From Massalongia carnosa (lineage: Eukaryota), in assembly GCA_965645245.1 (NCBI GenBank), contig OZ287076.1:1-64000 (forward strand): a stretch of DNA of 64,000 nt. Reading direction: 5' to 3'. Numbering within the stretch: the first letter of the stretch is position 1; each line of letters begins with the position of its first letter. This document shows positions 12,235-25,269 of this stretch, one piece after another. The position numbers were made by a program, and so were the translations under genes. Under the pieces are notes generated by a model. The model was not told the DNA's origin. It searched no databases and saw only the letters and a program-made list of their open reading frames with translations.

Positions 12235-14841
12235 ATGATCGAGCTCTCTGTCAATGATATTCGCGTCATATCAAGTTATCCGATCGGTGGAGCGCTCGAA
12301 TCTTTTCGACAGTTGTTTCACTCCACTTGCGACAAACTCGGCGTTGCCAACTCCTCAGAGAGTATCAAGAGAGTTGTCTCAAGCGAAGGTATTGTCTAAC
12401 CCGACCGTTTGTATTGATTCTTATTAACAGATGCAGATGGCAGGGGTCTGGCGCGTCGACTTATCTATGCAATCCAAGGTCAAGATGCGGCCTATCAACT
12501 TCCCTCCAGACACGAGGGTGGAACTCTATTTGATAATCTTCTATGGGTTCAAATTAATTACGATCAGTTGGATGTCAAGTCTGTCACCCCTGTCTTGAAC
12601 TCTGTCATCAGAGAAGTCAAAGATGAAGAAATCTGGCTTGCTGTATATGCTCTAATCGCACCAACAAAGCCGACCCACCCACCAACTACTCCTTCACCTT
12701 CCGGCCCTAACTTCGCTTCAGCTTTCAAGAACACATCAAACTGTTTCAACTCTGGTGGCTTTCAAAACACATCTGAGCCTGTTGAAATGATGAGGAATGT
12801 GCTCAGGTGGGAGCTCAAGTCGAATCTTGAGCTCGACCATCCCGATTTCATAGCCACATACCTTGCTGAAATCCCACAAGTCGACGATGCAGCAACTGCC
12901 GTCTTCAAGAAGTGTTGCGATGGAAAGGACCCCTTTTACACGACTGGCTACGGATGTCGTGGTTGGGAAGACGGTGATGAAAAAGGCGTCCAGCGGTCGC
13001 TTGAGGGATGCGTCAGCAAATTTACGAAGTTTCTTGAGGAGGCCAGCATCGAGCCACCCAAGCCAACGCCGGTTCGTGCCATCACCCAATACCCCCGTCC
13101 CGGGAGCTGTGAAACGGAAGCCTGACCTGTGTGTCGCCACATTTGCTGCAGAAAGCATCGGTGTGCCAACCAAGCCAAACAAACAGATAGCTTCTTGGCG
13201 TCAGGTACTTGTTGCCATTGAACTCAAATCTTCTGGACAGGACGGTTTGGAGAAGACATGGTCAGATGTCATGAAATACGCACGAGAAATCTTCAGACAC
13301 CAAGATTCCCGCCGGTTTGTCCTTGGACTCACCCTATGTTGATCCACCATGCGGCTTTGGGAATTTGATCGACTGGGCGCCACGACTTCAGTGGCATTTG
13401 ATATCCATAATAATGGCCCTTTCTTTGTGAAGACCTTACTCAGCTTCCTTTGGATGAACGATGGGCAGTTGGGCTTCGATCTGGACTTGATGGAGGTAGA
13501 CGGTCAACGATTCCTCAAGATTAATAGAGACGGCAAAGAAGAGCGACTGGTAATCACCGAAACGCTGAGAGCTCATGCAGCGTGTATAGCCGGCCGAGCG
13601 ACGACTTGCTGGAAGGCATACCGTAGGGGAGATGACTCCAAGAAGCCACTTGTAGTCAAAGACTCTTGGCAATACGTCAATCGACCAGAGGAAGGCGAGC
13701 TTATTCGCAAAGCCACTGCCGCAGGTGCCACTAACATCTCTCAATACTACCACCATGTAACGGTCTTGTTCAACGAAAAAGAAGACTTTATTCGCTCAAA
13801 TGTTCGAAATGGCATGTCAACTGAAGCTGGTAGCAACCCGTTCACACAACCCGGTTTCTTTTCACCTGAAACTACCACATCCAGCAAAGCTTCCGGTTTC
13901 CCTTTAGTGGTTAAATCTAGTCAAGGTTCCGCTTCCCTGGTAATGGCTAGATCCAGCCGAGCGCCTGAACTAACCAAGACTCAATTCGTGAATTCGTTTG
14001 GCTCAGCAAGCCAACAAAGCCAGGCGTCCCGAAAGAGGCCATTAAGTCAGATCGAGGCACGAGAACCAGCACGAAAGCGCTCACGATCAATCATGACTGC
14101 TAGAGAGGGCGACAATGGATTGACGAACGACAAAGTCCGTCGTCGCATCATAACTCAGAGTCCTGGTAAACCGCTTCGTGAGGCGAACTGTCCTGCAGCG
14201 ATAATGACAGGGCTACTTGGAGGCATCAAAGGTGAGCTAATCAATTGATTTGTTCATATGTGTAGCTAACGAGTGCAGGGCACGAGTCTCTCTACCAGGC
14301 TGATATACTCCACCGCGATATATCACTTGGAAATATCCTCCTTAAGGACGATGAAAGTGATGGGTTCCTGATCGACCTTTACCTTGCTGTGGACATCACC
14401 CGGCTGGAGGCGTCTGGAGCTCCGGGAAAGACCGGTACCAAAGTCTTCATGGCCATCGGTGCCCTTGCTGGCAATCCACATAGCTTCATGCATGATCTCG
14501 AATCTTTCTTCTAGGTGCTTCTCTGGATCTGCATTCACTACACCGGGCCAGGTAAGGAACTTCATGACGTTGCCGACTTCAAGGACTGGAATTACGAGTC
14601 TACCGCGAAAGTTGCAAATTCGAAAAAGGGTCTAGTATCTGAAGAAAAAGATTTTGATGAGATGATGTCGGTCTCTGTTACGGGTTATTGTAAGGACTTG
14701 GTGCCCTGTGTTAAAGAGCTGTGGAAGATCATCTTTCCTGGAGGGAAGCGGTGGACAACAGAGAATCGGAGCCTTTATACCCAGATGAAGGCGGTGATTG
14801 AGAAGGCACGAGACAACCTTATCACGGAAGGGACAGTTTAA
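12235..14841 (+). pseudogene. FunK1-family fungal protein kinase (Pkinase_fungal) pseudogene
   Basis: Motifs RRFVLGLTLC, MRLWEFDRLG, GRATTCWKA, VVKDSWQY..EEGEL, HRDISLGNILL, GFLIDL, TGTKVFMA, HSFMHDLESFF. GT-AG introns 12389-12430 and 14232-14278. Frameshift near 13060 and in-frame stops near 13340 and 14512. Confidence 0.9.
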
Positions 14842-15566
14842 ATCAAGCCTTGTTAGCATCAATGCTAGCTGCGTTCGCTACGTTTAGTTAATTTCTATTC
14901 TCACGTTCTTCCATGACTTGAGCTACGTGGCGAAAAGTACTTCAGGTATCTGTATGGCTTAAAAATAGTGACAGCTGTGCCTCGAGAACCTCCAAGCATG
15001 CAAGACATAAAAATTTATTCATGATCATTGGCGCCCTTGATGGCGATCCACGCAGCTTCTGCATGATCTAGAGCCCTCCTGGGTGCTGTTCTGGATCTGC
15101 ATGCATGCATTATACAGACCTCGTCAAGAAAGACGAGCCTTAATCCAAGTTCAAACAATAGAACTACGACTCTTGTGAGTAGGTTTGAAATATTTAATGA
15201 TAGATTTTTGAAAGCTCGAAGCGCGTGACGTGGTCGAAGAGAAAATCACCGTTCCCGCACAACATCCATTCTCAGAGGCTCTAGGGTTGAGCTTTTTCAA
15301 GAAATCCGAAAAAAGTCGAAATATTCCTGCAACACGGACGGTCTTACAAGAGAATTGATTCTCATAAAAAGTCATTCTGACCGAGAATCTTGTATTTTTT
15401 TTTGGTAAATCGGCGTTTCTTAAATGCCCACGATTAGGGAAAGATAATGAGGTGCTCATGATATATTCGGGTTTTCTGTGACGTACCAATTTTACATCGA
15501 CATTCGGGTTTATCAGATCGATTTTTCTAGACCTTTAATCGTCGGCCTCGCTTAGCTGCCTCCATA

Positions 15567-16231
15567 CGAGGTGTACCACCTCTAGTCGGGGAAAGCGGTC
15601 TGCGTAGGCAAGCGGTCTGCGTAGTTTCAATTTCCTAAATTCACTCATTTTACCACATATTTTGCAGCTTTTTGCAACACTTCTCGACCGCAACCTACGA
15701 TCTTTAGCTGTTATTATTCATACCATTAATAGACATCAACTGCATATCCTGACTGCACATTTATCAACCGGGAATGCATTATATTTTCCAATTTCACCAG
15801 TTTTATCGCCTATTTACAACTCATTTGCGACGCCCTCTCATCATGATTTGCAACCTCCATTTACTTTATTTTCAACCTCATTTGCAAATATTGATAAAAA
15901 GTAGATTCATATTAATTGCGCGTTCTAATAGTAACTCCTAGTATGACGATAGCCTGCTTGATAAAAGTTAAACTGCTCATCCTCATAACCCTCAATGTTG
16001 AACTCTGCAAGGACATCTTGGATAGCCTTATCATGCCAATACTTATAGGGTTGAAATACGCCCACATCAAGGGGTTGCATACAGTGAGTCAGATGTGGTA
16101 TCAGGAGGAGAGGGCGAATGTGATTTTCATTGGCAAGCTTTATAAACTCAGGGGTGCAATGAGTCCCATGATTATCTATGAGCATCAATTTCTACTGCTT
16201 TGGAGGCCCCGAGTTTGTATTCGAAATGAAG
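15567..16231 (-). mobile_element. Fot1/pogo-like DNA transposon remnant (DDE_1 fragment plus one end)
   Basis: ORF 15925-16188 LIDNHGTH..HLTHCMQPLDVGVFQPYK is the pogo DDE signature. Duplicated AAGCGGTCTGCGTAG motifs at ~15593-15624 look like subterminal binding sites. Terminus approximate. Confidence 0.8.
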
Positions 16232-18735
16232 TTTCCGCACCGAGTCCTTAATAGGTATATGCCTATTTGTTCCTTATGTTCGTCTTGTCTATCTAGTATA
16301 GTCATAGCTAGCAATGCCACCACCTTCACCACCTGAATAGGCCCCCCCGTTGCCGCCTCGTCACAGAAGACACTACTCATAGATAATTCTAAAAATTGAT
16401 ACTCGTTAAATGCAGAGCGCCATCCAGCTAACGTCAAGACACATGACTCCTCACCCCCACTAGACACGACACGATTCTGTAGTGACCGTAGGTGTTGCAC
16501 TCAACGTTTGTGCACTTGAGATTCTCCTAATCGTTCTTCAGAGCATCTGTAACGCACAGGGCTGGGCTTTGAGTGCCTTCGCCTTGAGAGGTATTCCCGT
16601 CGTCAGTAAGCAACTCGGGCGATTGATATTCTTCGGTATGTGAAAACGCGCTCTGAAGCTCTATCATTAATTTCCGAACGCGATGGCCGTACTTGTCTCA
16701 TCCTGCGCTAGCAAAACTGACGTGATCGGCAATGCAAACTTCTCTAGAACATCGGAAATAGTGAATAGCGCTTTTTCATGATTCAGTTCAGCTTTTCAGT
16801 AAATATCTAAGCCTTCGTTCGATTTTCAGAGGGGTTCGATATTAAGGACAGAAGCCGAAAGCTGAAATATCTTCTGACCCTTCGAGACATCAGGTAGCAC
16901 GGATACTAGATAAATCTTAGCACTCAGCTTTATCTCTTAGGGTGATTCATGTAACATAAGTAAGTCGGCGCTAATTCGGAAGTACTATGTAGGCTGATAC
17001 TAACATTTGTACCAGTGTCAAAACGCTAATCAAAGAAACTAAGATTTGAGCGTGGCAAATTTCTTGTGCGAGGTACACTTTCCGTATTTCGCATTTCGCA
17101 CCAGAATTCGGTAAGTTTCAAAACGCTTAACGCCATCCCTTGTAGGAGCTGCGTGGCTTGTTTCTCTCCCTCTCTTCACTCTGCCTTGTCTCTTCTTCTC
17201 TCATCCTCTCTCATTCTCTCTCGTCTTATCCTCCCACCCCCTAAAAATATCAACTCTCCCACGCCGTCGTATCCTAACTTCTCAACGTAGTCAACAGGCA
17301 CTAAGATGCAACCATGATTCTTGTCCAAATCCAGAACCTAATCTTTATTTTGTTTCGTTGAGCTCGCTCTTGGGTTTGAAAAGTATCAAAGCTGAGAACT
17401 GTGCTCGAAATGGTTGATATGATATGCGGTGGTCGAGAAGTGGATCATGATGACTGCAGACCGACTGCGGGCCGATTGAGCTGATTGCAAAGCGAATGAG
17501 AGGTACCGATATCTTTATTCTGAGTAGCAGGTATTCGTAGTCCTTCACTTGTTCGACATCCTGTTGACTGATATGTTGTCGCAGGTGAATCGATATCATA
17601 ACATGGCTCAGGAATGACAAACCATGTGGCTGCTGCGAATGTAGCTGGGGCCGGACGGAGCAGATAAAACGGACGGAGCAGATGACGCAGACTGAACAAT
17701 TGAAATCGCAGGAGAGATAGGTGAGCTAGGCTGAGCAGCCTATGAGAGAGCGTGTGAGGGCGAATGATACGAATTCATAAGATGACTAGAAAGGTGCAGT
17801 TGCTGCGAATGAGATAGCTGAAGTTTCTAGTATGTTCACGATAAGACAAACTCTACTAACGTTAGTATGAAAAGATTTATACACAAGGTATCTTTATGTG
17901 ATCTTTCTTTCATGAGAAAGCTATGTGTGTAGGGCAGTATTGAATGTGATGCAGAAAGTAGTGCAACCTGCTTGTTAGCTTGGTAGGCGTTGAAGCCAGG
18001 CAGAAAGGCGTAAAGAGCGACGAAGTTCTTCCTCTCCCATATCGGGACCTGCTTAACTTTTCCAGCTCCTGATTCAGGAGCTGAAAAGCACTCGTCATAC
18101 ATAGCTGATCAACAGGAGAAACAGGACTATCAACGACAGAGTCTAGACCCTTCGCTCATCTTCTGAAATAGCGGCCTTCTCTTTCCATGTTTCAATCAGA
18201 TGTGAAGCTCGTCGACTGACGATCAAGAAGGAATTCGTGTCATGCATAATATGAACCTCAACGACAAATAATTGTTCAGTTGAATTGTCGAAATGAAAGA
18301 TAGCTTTTCTTCACATCGAACTCTCTGACGTGATATGATCAAGGTCAAATGCGCATTTGCGTCTAATATTGAAATCGATTGTCTTTCAATCTGAAGTCTT
18401 GTTGTCTTGCTTCATCTCAGAGCCGCATTCGTTGCGTATAACTGAATATGGACTGTTTTCCATCTCTCTCTTCATGTCATTGGCCTGAGCCGGTCACAAG
18501 GCTTGTCATCTGTTTGAAGGGCGATAGAAATTTTCTGTTGTACCAGCATCAATAAGTGTCAGAAGTTCAGCCATCACGGTACGAGCAAATGAGACAGATT
18601 AAGCATAATTGAAGTTTTCTAACAGGATCTCTAGATACTCTGTCGCTTCTCAAGACGACGTATCATTGTGAAGGAGATCGTCACCGAAACCCGATAAACA
18701 ATGAAGAAGCTTCTCTCAACTGGGCCATTGCAATT

Positions 18736-21700
18736 TTACCCACCAGACAACATTTTTGCAACCTTGTCATGACCATTTTTCTTGGCCACCGACAGCGGAG
18801 TGTTTCCATCTATATCTTCGAGAGTACGATCTGCCCCTGCTGTAGGCAATAGTCTCACGATATTTTCGTTACCTTCTGCTGCTGCCAAAAAGATAGGAGG
18901 CCACCCATATATACTCTTCGCATTGACGTCGACAATTTTTGTACGAAGTAGTAGTTGAACTACTCTTAGGTGGCCATTTGCTGCGGAAATCCAAAGTGGA
19001 GACACATGCCGAGAATTTTTTAGATCAGGTTTGACCCCTTCTGCTAGTAGTTTCTGGATTGTATCCGCCTTTCCAAATTTTGCTGCGTTATAAAATTGGG
19101 CGATCGACTATTCTTCTTTAGAAGGGGAGATCTTAAACTTTTCTTTGATTATTTTTAAGACCCCATCTTGCCCGCACGTCGCAGCTACCTTCACCACCTC
19201 TTCTGTAATCATCACATCTGCCCCGCGCTGCTCAAGCAATAGCGTCATCACCTCTTTTCCACTTCCTTCATTCCCTGCCGCTGCCTTCACCACCTCTTCC
19301 GTAATTATCACATCTGCCCCGCGCTGCTCAAGCAAGAGCGTCATCACCCCTTTCCCATTCCTGGAAATTCCCGCCGCTGCCTTCACCACCTCTTCCGTAA
19401 TCATCACATCTACCCCGCGCTGCTCAAGCAAGAGCGTCATCACCTCTTTCCCATTCCTGGAATTTCCCGCCGCTGCCTTCACCACCTCTTCCGTAATCAT
19501 CACACCTGCCCCGCGCTGCTCAAGCAAGAGTGTCATCACCTCTTTCCCATTCCTGAAATTTCCCGCCGCTTCCTTCACCACCTCTTCCGTAATCATCACA
19601 TCTGCCCCGCGCTGCTCAAGCAAGAGCGTCATCACCTCTTTCCCATTCCTGGAATTTCCCGCCGCTGCCTTCACCACCTCTTCCGTAATCATCACATCTG
19701 CCCCGCGCTGCTCAAGCAAGAGCGTCATCACCTCTTTCCCATTCCCGGAATTTCCCGCCGCTGCCTTCACCACCTCTTCTGATATTATCGTAAGCTTATT
19801 TTTCAGCAAGATCGAAACTACATCACAACTACCATATTTAACAGCGATTTCGAAAGATGTCCGACTCTGAGTGTTCACTATGTTGTCTCCGAAATTTGCC
19901 CGGATTCTAGCAATTTCCTGCAAATCAAAACAGGAGGCAACAAAGAGAGCTCTGCCCTCTTTAGCGCTAGTGTCTTTAAATTTATCCCATAGTTCCATTT
20001 CAATCGAATAATCGTAAAGCCGTTCCTTAAGCAGGCTAGCCCATACAGAAATAGCGGATCCTGAGTCCGATTCGTTGGAGAGAAAATGACAAAGGAGGTG
20101 GTTAAGCACATAGGCAGTCCTTTGTTTAGCAGCTAGCTGACAATGCTGAGCCCAGTAGACATTTGAGTAGTGTCTAAGGTCATGTGAAAGAGTTGAGTTT
20201 AATGAATCTTGTCCGTATTTAGAAAGAAGTCTTTTTGTTGTTGGGTTGTCGGCAGAACTTAGTACGTCTAAGAGACATGTCTCAGCAGCCAGGGCGTTTG
20301 TCGCTTCTCTAGTATATTCTGGCCGCTTCTCCAAAAATTCTCTCACCGACAGATGGGCAAATCGAAACGTATCGAGTGTTGAATCGAAAACAACCATATT
20401 AGAGCACATCTCCAAAATATGCTCTTTCGTCAGCTGGCGGAACTGTCGCCGCGGGGTCGTTGACATTGCAGCGAGAAATTCTCTAGATGTCAGCTTTCTC
20501 TGGGCGCAGAGGAGCCAGCTGAAAGCGTTGATAGTCACTTCGCGATCGGAGTTTCCTGAGGTTTTGGTCAACTTCTCGTATAGCTCAAGATAAAGGTCTT
20601 CCAGATTTGGTGGCAGTTGCCCGAGCCTTTCCCGAATAGCTTCATCAGTCCGAGCGCTGCATAAGCTTTGCAGTTGGAGGCTAGCCCACCGGAACCTGGT
20701 GATCACATTAGTGGGGCATAAATATGGCTCGCATTGCTGGACAGTACTGACATCCCATCAGCGTTTTTTGTGACCTGTTCAATAATCTCGATCTTCAACT
20801 TCTCCTTGTTGGTGCTTAGAGCTAGGAGCCTCTTCCTCTTGATAAGGTTGTCGGTCTCAGCGGTAATAAACGACGAGATATCATCCTTGTTCATTTCAGA
20901 TGAGAGCTCAAGATTAGGGTAGCTACAAAACAATATCTTGATCATCTCGACTCGAAACAAAGATCTTCACCATGCTTGAGGACTCTTGAAGAATTGATTC
21001 TAAGGTTTCCAAGGGAACTGTCCGTCTCTCTGGGTCGCACTCGTCAAGCGCATCGATCACAATGGTTGTTAATGGATAATACTCGGCAAGCTGGTGGATT
21101 AGTAGACGACTCTCACCTATACCTAATGATTCCGAGGCGAATCCCTCCATCTCTCGTTTCTTGTAGGCTGCCACCGTTGGAGGGAGTAGAGGGTGTCCCG
21201 GTTGAAGACTAGGCAATTGCCGTGCGATAGTCGCTACGATTGCATCAGGGTTTGAACGCGCCGGTTCAGCGGTGTTTCGTGAACAGTAGAAAAAGACTGG
21301 AGCTGGGCTTTGGCCATTATCGAAGGCTTTTTTGGCATCTTCAATCACAATAGATCTATGTTAACCGTAAGCATTTATCTTTCCGAGATAGCTGTACAGT
21401 ACTCACACCAGCTTGCTCTTCCCAGAACCTGTAATCCAATGTAGCCACAAGATAGAAGATACACTTTCTTTCTTCCACCTTTTGAAAACTGGATCCGAAA
21501 GCAGCCATTGTCCAGTACCCTGTAACACTTCTTCCTTGGTCTGATTATGATGTTGCCTATATGGTTCGGAGTACAACCAGTGTAGAATCTTATTTCTCTT
21601 TGATACTAAGGCTCATGAGTTGAGGCTCTGATGTTGATTTTAACAACTTACACTCAAAATCATCTTTAATGTTTACTAAATCCGCACTCATTCGTTTTAT

Positions 21701-22635
21701 TGGGCCATCGATACGCTCGAGAAGTCTTTTCAAGTCCATGCGTTGATGTATTTGTTCTAGGTTCATTAATAAAGAATTCAGAAAATAGAAGTCCTATCGA
21801 GCAAGCTTACCTTGCATTCCAACCACACAGGAACAACGATCAACGGTCTCTTGAGCGGTAGCAATGGCACCAAAGAATGACTCAATGTCTGACTTTGCCA
21901 GAAGTCCGCTCTTCAATCTACGCACTGTAAATGCCATCAATATATATTCTGTTATTGAAATGCCAAACTAACTTGTGGAGTCCTGTTCAAAGTAGCTCTT
22001 CACCTTCGATAAATAGATCATAATCGCTGCATAAAACCTAACTAGAGCTCTCCAAAGTTCGGCAGCAGCAGCAGCGAATGGGTACTGCAGGTAGACTTCC
22101 TCGAATACAGCATATCGACAAATGATTTCCCCAATCGAAGCCGCACTTTCGACCACGAAAGCATATTTATCGGAATCATTGGCGGCAATCTATAGAGGTT
22201 TTAGTAATATCTTTCGCTATTTTCAACATCACAAACCTGCAGGAGAAATCGAATACCAACCCAAGGAAGCGCAGCATGAACCGGATCATACTGAACAGCA
22301 ATGTCCCCGACTTGCTTAAAAAGATCAATCCACTTGACGATCTTGCCAAATAGGTCCACGAATATGACCGTCTCTCCACTCGTTCTCGTGTATCGCCATT
22401 TTTTCTTGATACACTCTTGCTTTGCCTTCTTGGTAACTTGGTGTAGATCAGACAAGATGTCAAGCTTGTTGGAGCGGTCAAAGTCTATGTTTTTTTGGTC
22501 TTCCTTACTCATCTCAGCCTTCGCACTTGCCCAAAGGTCATTTCTTCAGCAAAGGCGCAAAGTCAGCAGAGCCTTGTCGCAAACGAGGGTTAGGTGTACT
22601 TACGTGGTCGGCCGTGCGATCTGTGTTGATGTCAT
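18736..22635 (-). pseudogene. NLR-like NACHT / 32-aa repeat / ankyrin gene, pseudogene copy
   Basis: Same exon structure as 55200-59104, but with a frameshifting deletion near 20923, TGG>TAG at 19108, and an altered Walker A context (WLHWITGSGKS vs WLQGIPGSGKS). Confidence 0.9.
19189..19782 (-). repeat. Six tandem 96-bp (32-aa) coding repeats plus a partial unit, left NLR copy
   Basis: Unit TEEVVKAAAGNxxNGKEVMTLLLEQRGADVMI; xx = SG, SR, FR, SR, SR, EG. Confidence 0.97.
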
Positions 22636-22924
22636 ATGTATTGCCGGTCGTACAAACTTACTGGGGATAACTAGTTGTCAAAAGCACCAAGTGAGAAAGA
22701 AAGCGTTGACTTGAGTTTGATATATGATAACGTGGCGCAAGTTCAGCTGAGATGCTTCGGTATGGCAGACAACACAGTCTGGGAAGTCAATCAATCGACT
22801 TATGATTACGGAAACTTCGAAGTTTTGATAAACTGGAAGTATATTCCCCAAACTCGGCCCAATATTGCGATGGAGCACAAGGAGGAGATAGACAAGTTTC
22901 TACACCGGCTTCTTGGGAAGGCAA

Positions 22925-23131
22925 TGTCAGGCAGCTTGGCCTGATATTATTCAGTAGCTATGAACTAGAATTTAACTACAAGGAAGGAAAGAAAATAATA
23001 CTCATCCCTGAACTCCTAAACATAATCTACCGTGGGTGCGCTAGCCAGTCAAGCGACGCGCGCTACTGCTTAGGCGAGTCACGCTGTCCCGTGACCACCA
23101 GAGCATGTCGGGTCAGGCCAGGACCCTGACA
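22925..23131. mobile_element. Solo LTR (207 bp) present only in the left duplication arm
   Basis: Inverted termini TGTCAGG...CCTGACA, TSD GGCAA (22920-22924 / 23132-23136). Empty site in the right arm near 54911-54915. Confidence 0.92.
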
Positions 23132-25269
23132 GGCAAAAAATTGAAGATAGCAAACTCTTGTCATCTGAAGTAAGGGTAATGTTTTGGCTAAACTTTCCAC
23201 AGATCGATTTTTGGTTAATTATATTTCCTATTCTTGAAAATGAAAGGATCCTACCAAATTTAGCATGTAAAGGAACACGTAGCTTTGAGAATGGTTGTCA
23301 CATTAGTCTTTCGCTAGCCTTCTCTCGCAAGCACTTGAAAGTCGCTAATAGTTACTTCGAGATTTGGGTGAGAGTCGACTGCTTAAAAGTAACGGAGGTA
23401 CGGAGGTAATAAATTATGAGTAATCGTGCCAAAACACTAAACCCCAACCGAGTCTAGACCCTGACTCGGCACGATTATTTTACCTTATCCGTGCCGTGCC
23501 CCACACTTTCTGGTAAATCTTTTTAGTTCTATCAACGACGTAGATTACGAAGTATCCAACACCACAACAAAGACTATAGACTGCTTAGAACATATATCAG
23601 CTTCTGAATCTTCGGTATCATGTCATTGAATCGAACTAAATCTGATGCAATACATAGATTGCTTGAATATTCTCAAGATCATCTAGATCGCGTTCATAAA
23701 GGTACAGATGAGCTCCGCGTCAGAATTATTGGAGGGAGAAATGATCACCTTGGTGCATGATACGAAGGGAGAATGTCGATTATTATCTAACGTGGGTGTT
23801 TATGAACTCCCACTGGCTAATCTACGCTAATCCTATTCCGGTTAAGCAGTCACCAGTTGCCCGGCCTTGTCCGTTAGGCTAACATTTTAGCGTAACACCA
23901 ACAAGAATTGAAGCTCGGGGTCCTCAATCTACTTGGTATTCCTGTGAATCAGACTCTTATGAGTAGTCTTAACAACTTCGGTAATGTGTGTCTTTTCAAT
24001 AAGTTCGTATTGCATGATATGCGCTTGATCCGCAGACTGCGAAAAATCTTGTGGTTGTGAGCTCTTTCTCTTTACTATGTTGTTCTTTTTCAAAGTCTTC
24101 AGTCTCATTAAGTTCTCCTTAGCTGATGTCAAACTCAACGTATTTGAGTCGCTGGAAAGAAGCTTCCAGTCATGAGTCAACACATCAACAGGTCCAGGAA
24201 AAATATTGATCAAGAACTTCAAGCCATCGTCAAGCATACGCAGCCATTTATCAATGGCCTCTTTGTTACGTTCAATGCTGATGACATCTTGAATACTTTT
24301 AGCAATAATAAGGGAAGTAGATGAGTTATGCAACGTCATAGAGTCATCGTTCGTGTGTAGAATGAATTGTCAATGCAAGGCATTGATCCAGCAATCGCCT
24401 TCTCGAGTATCATCATGCTTGAGTTTCACATAGTTCCGATTCCAGCATCAATTTCAAATACAGTGGAGGGTTTTTTTGTGGCTGCCAGCATACTAGTATC
24501 AAGTATACGTCATCTAGGCCGGAGGGAAACCTTTCGCAATATGAGTTGCCGGGTTGCACGGTCTGCTCGTTTCCATGTCTCCGTTATTTTCAGCTGTTGT
24601 ACTACGGATAGCATATCAAACGTCCATTTTAAGATCAGCCACGTTTTAGTACTGTACTTGCCGGTATCGGGAAGTTATTAAAATGCGGGTAGCCAATAAT
24701 GTCCACCAACTATACAGAGGGCTGACCGATCGATGCCGTATGATGTTGCAAGGAGGCTTTATCAACAATGGGAGAGGGTGGAAAGGGAATCCAGGGTACT
24801 GCTCCATAGATGCTAATTCACGATCGGAATGTCGAGGATATGTTGGAGCCGATAGAGCGATGAAAATATTGCTAAAGACGCACAACTATAAGGAAATGCA
24901 TTCAGTCCCATGACTTAGCCACTGGATACAGTATCTCCACAGTACTTAATTGCGTCGTAATGCCTCATCCGAAGAGATACCCCGTACCCGCACCCAGCCC
25001 CTACGACACGACAATATATCTGCTACACCATCGTGAGGGACAAGAATGCGCCACGAGGCAAAGTCTTCAATTTCAAGCCCAGGACAGAATGGAGACCTGA
25101 TGTTGCTCAGCAGGTGCACTTATCATCGCAATATCGATCTCATATGGTGGTTGTCTTGGGCAAAGCATTAACGAGACCGCCGGGGGAAGCTCGTACACAT
25201 TTCGCTACGCTTTAGTTGATAGCTAGAAAGAGACCTTCCTTCACGCAGACATCGTGCTGCGTGTCTTAA

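Larger units (their letters stand above)
16232..23493 (-). repeat. Left arm of ~7 kb inverted segmental duplication
   Basis: Colinear reverse complement of 54543-61601 across its length; the ORF track mirrors almost ORF for ORF. Confidence 0.97.

Noticed and set aside
15541..15556. 16-nt inverted match GTCGGCCTCGCTTAGC with 54519-54534
   Set aside because: A match of this length is expected roughly once or twice by chance in a 64-kb self-comparison, and it does not extend.
17345..18102. Small ORFs mirrored in both arms (also 59769-60488 and 22675-22944 / 54906-55160)
   Set aside because: Conservation is explained by the recent duplication, there are no recognisable domains, and some are broken in one arm.
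19189..19782. CRISPR-like appearance of the regular repeats
   Set aside because: Eukaryotic context; the units are contiguous in-frame coding repeats with no unique spacers.
19145..19870. Long antisense ORFs over the 96-bp repeats (also 57970-58722 and 58058-58672)
   Set aside because: Shadow frames of a stop-free tandem repeat.
23500..25000. Possible decayed gene on the minus strand (ORF 23929-24339)
   Set aside because: No motif I can recognise, and adjacent frames contain many stops.
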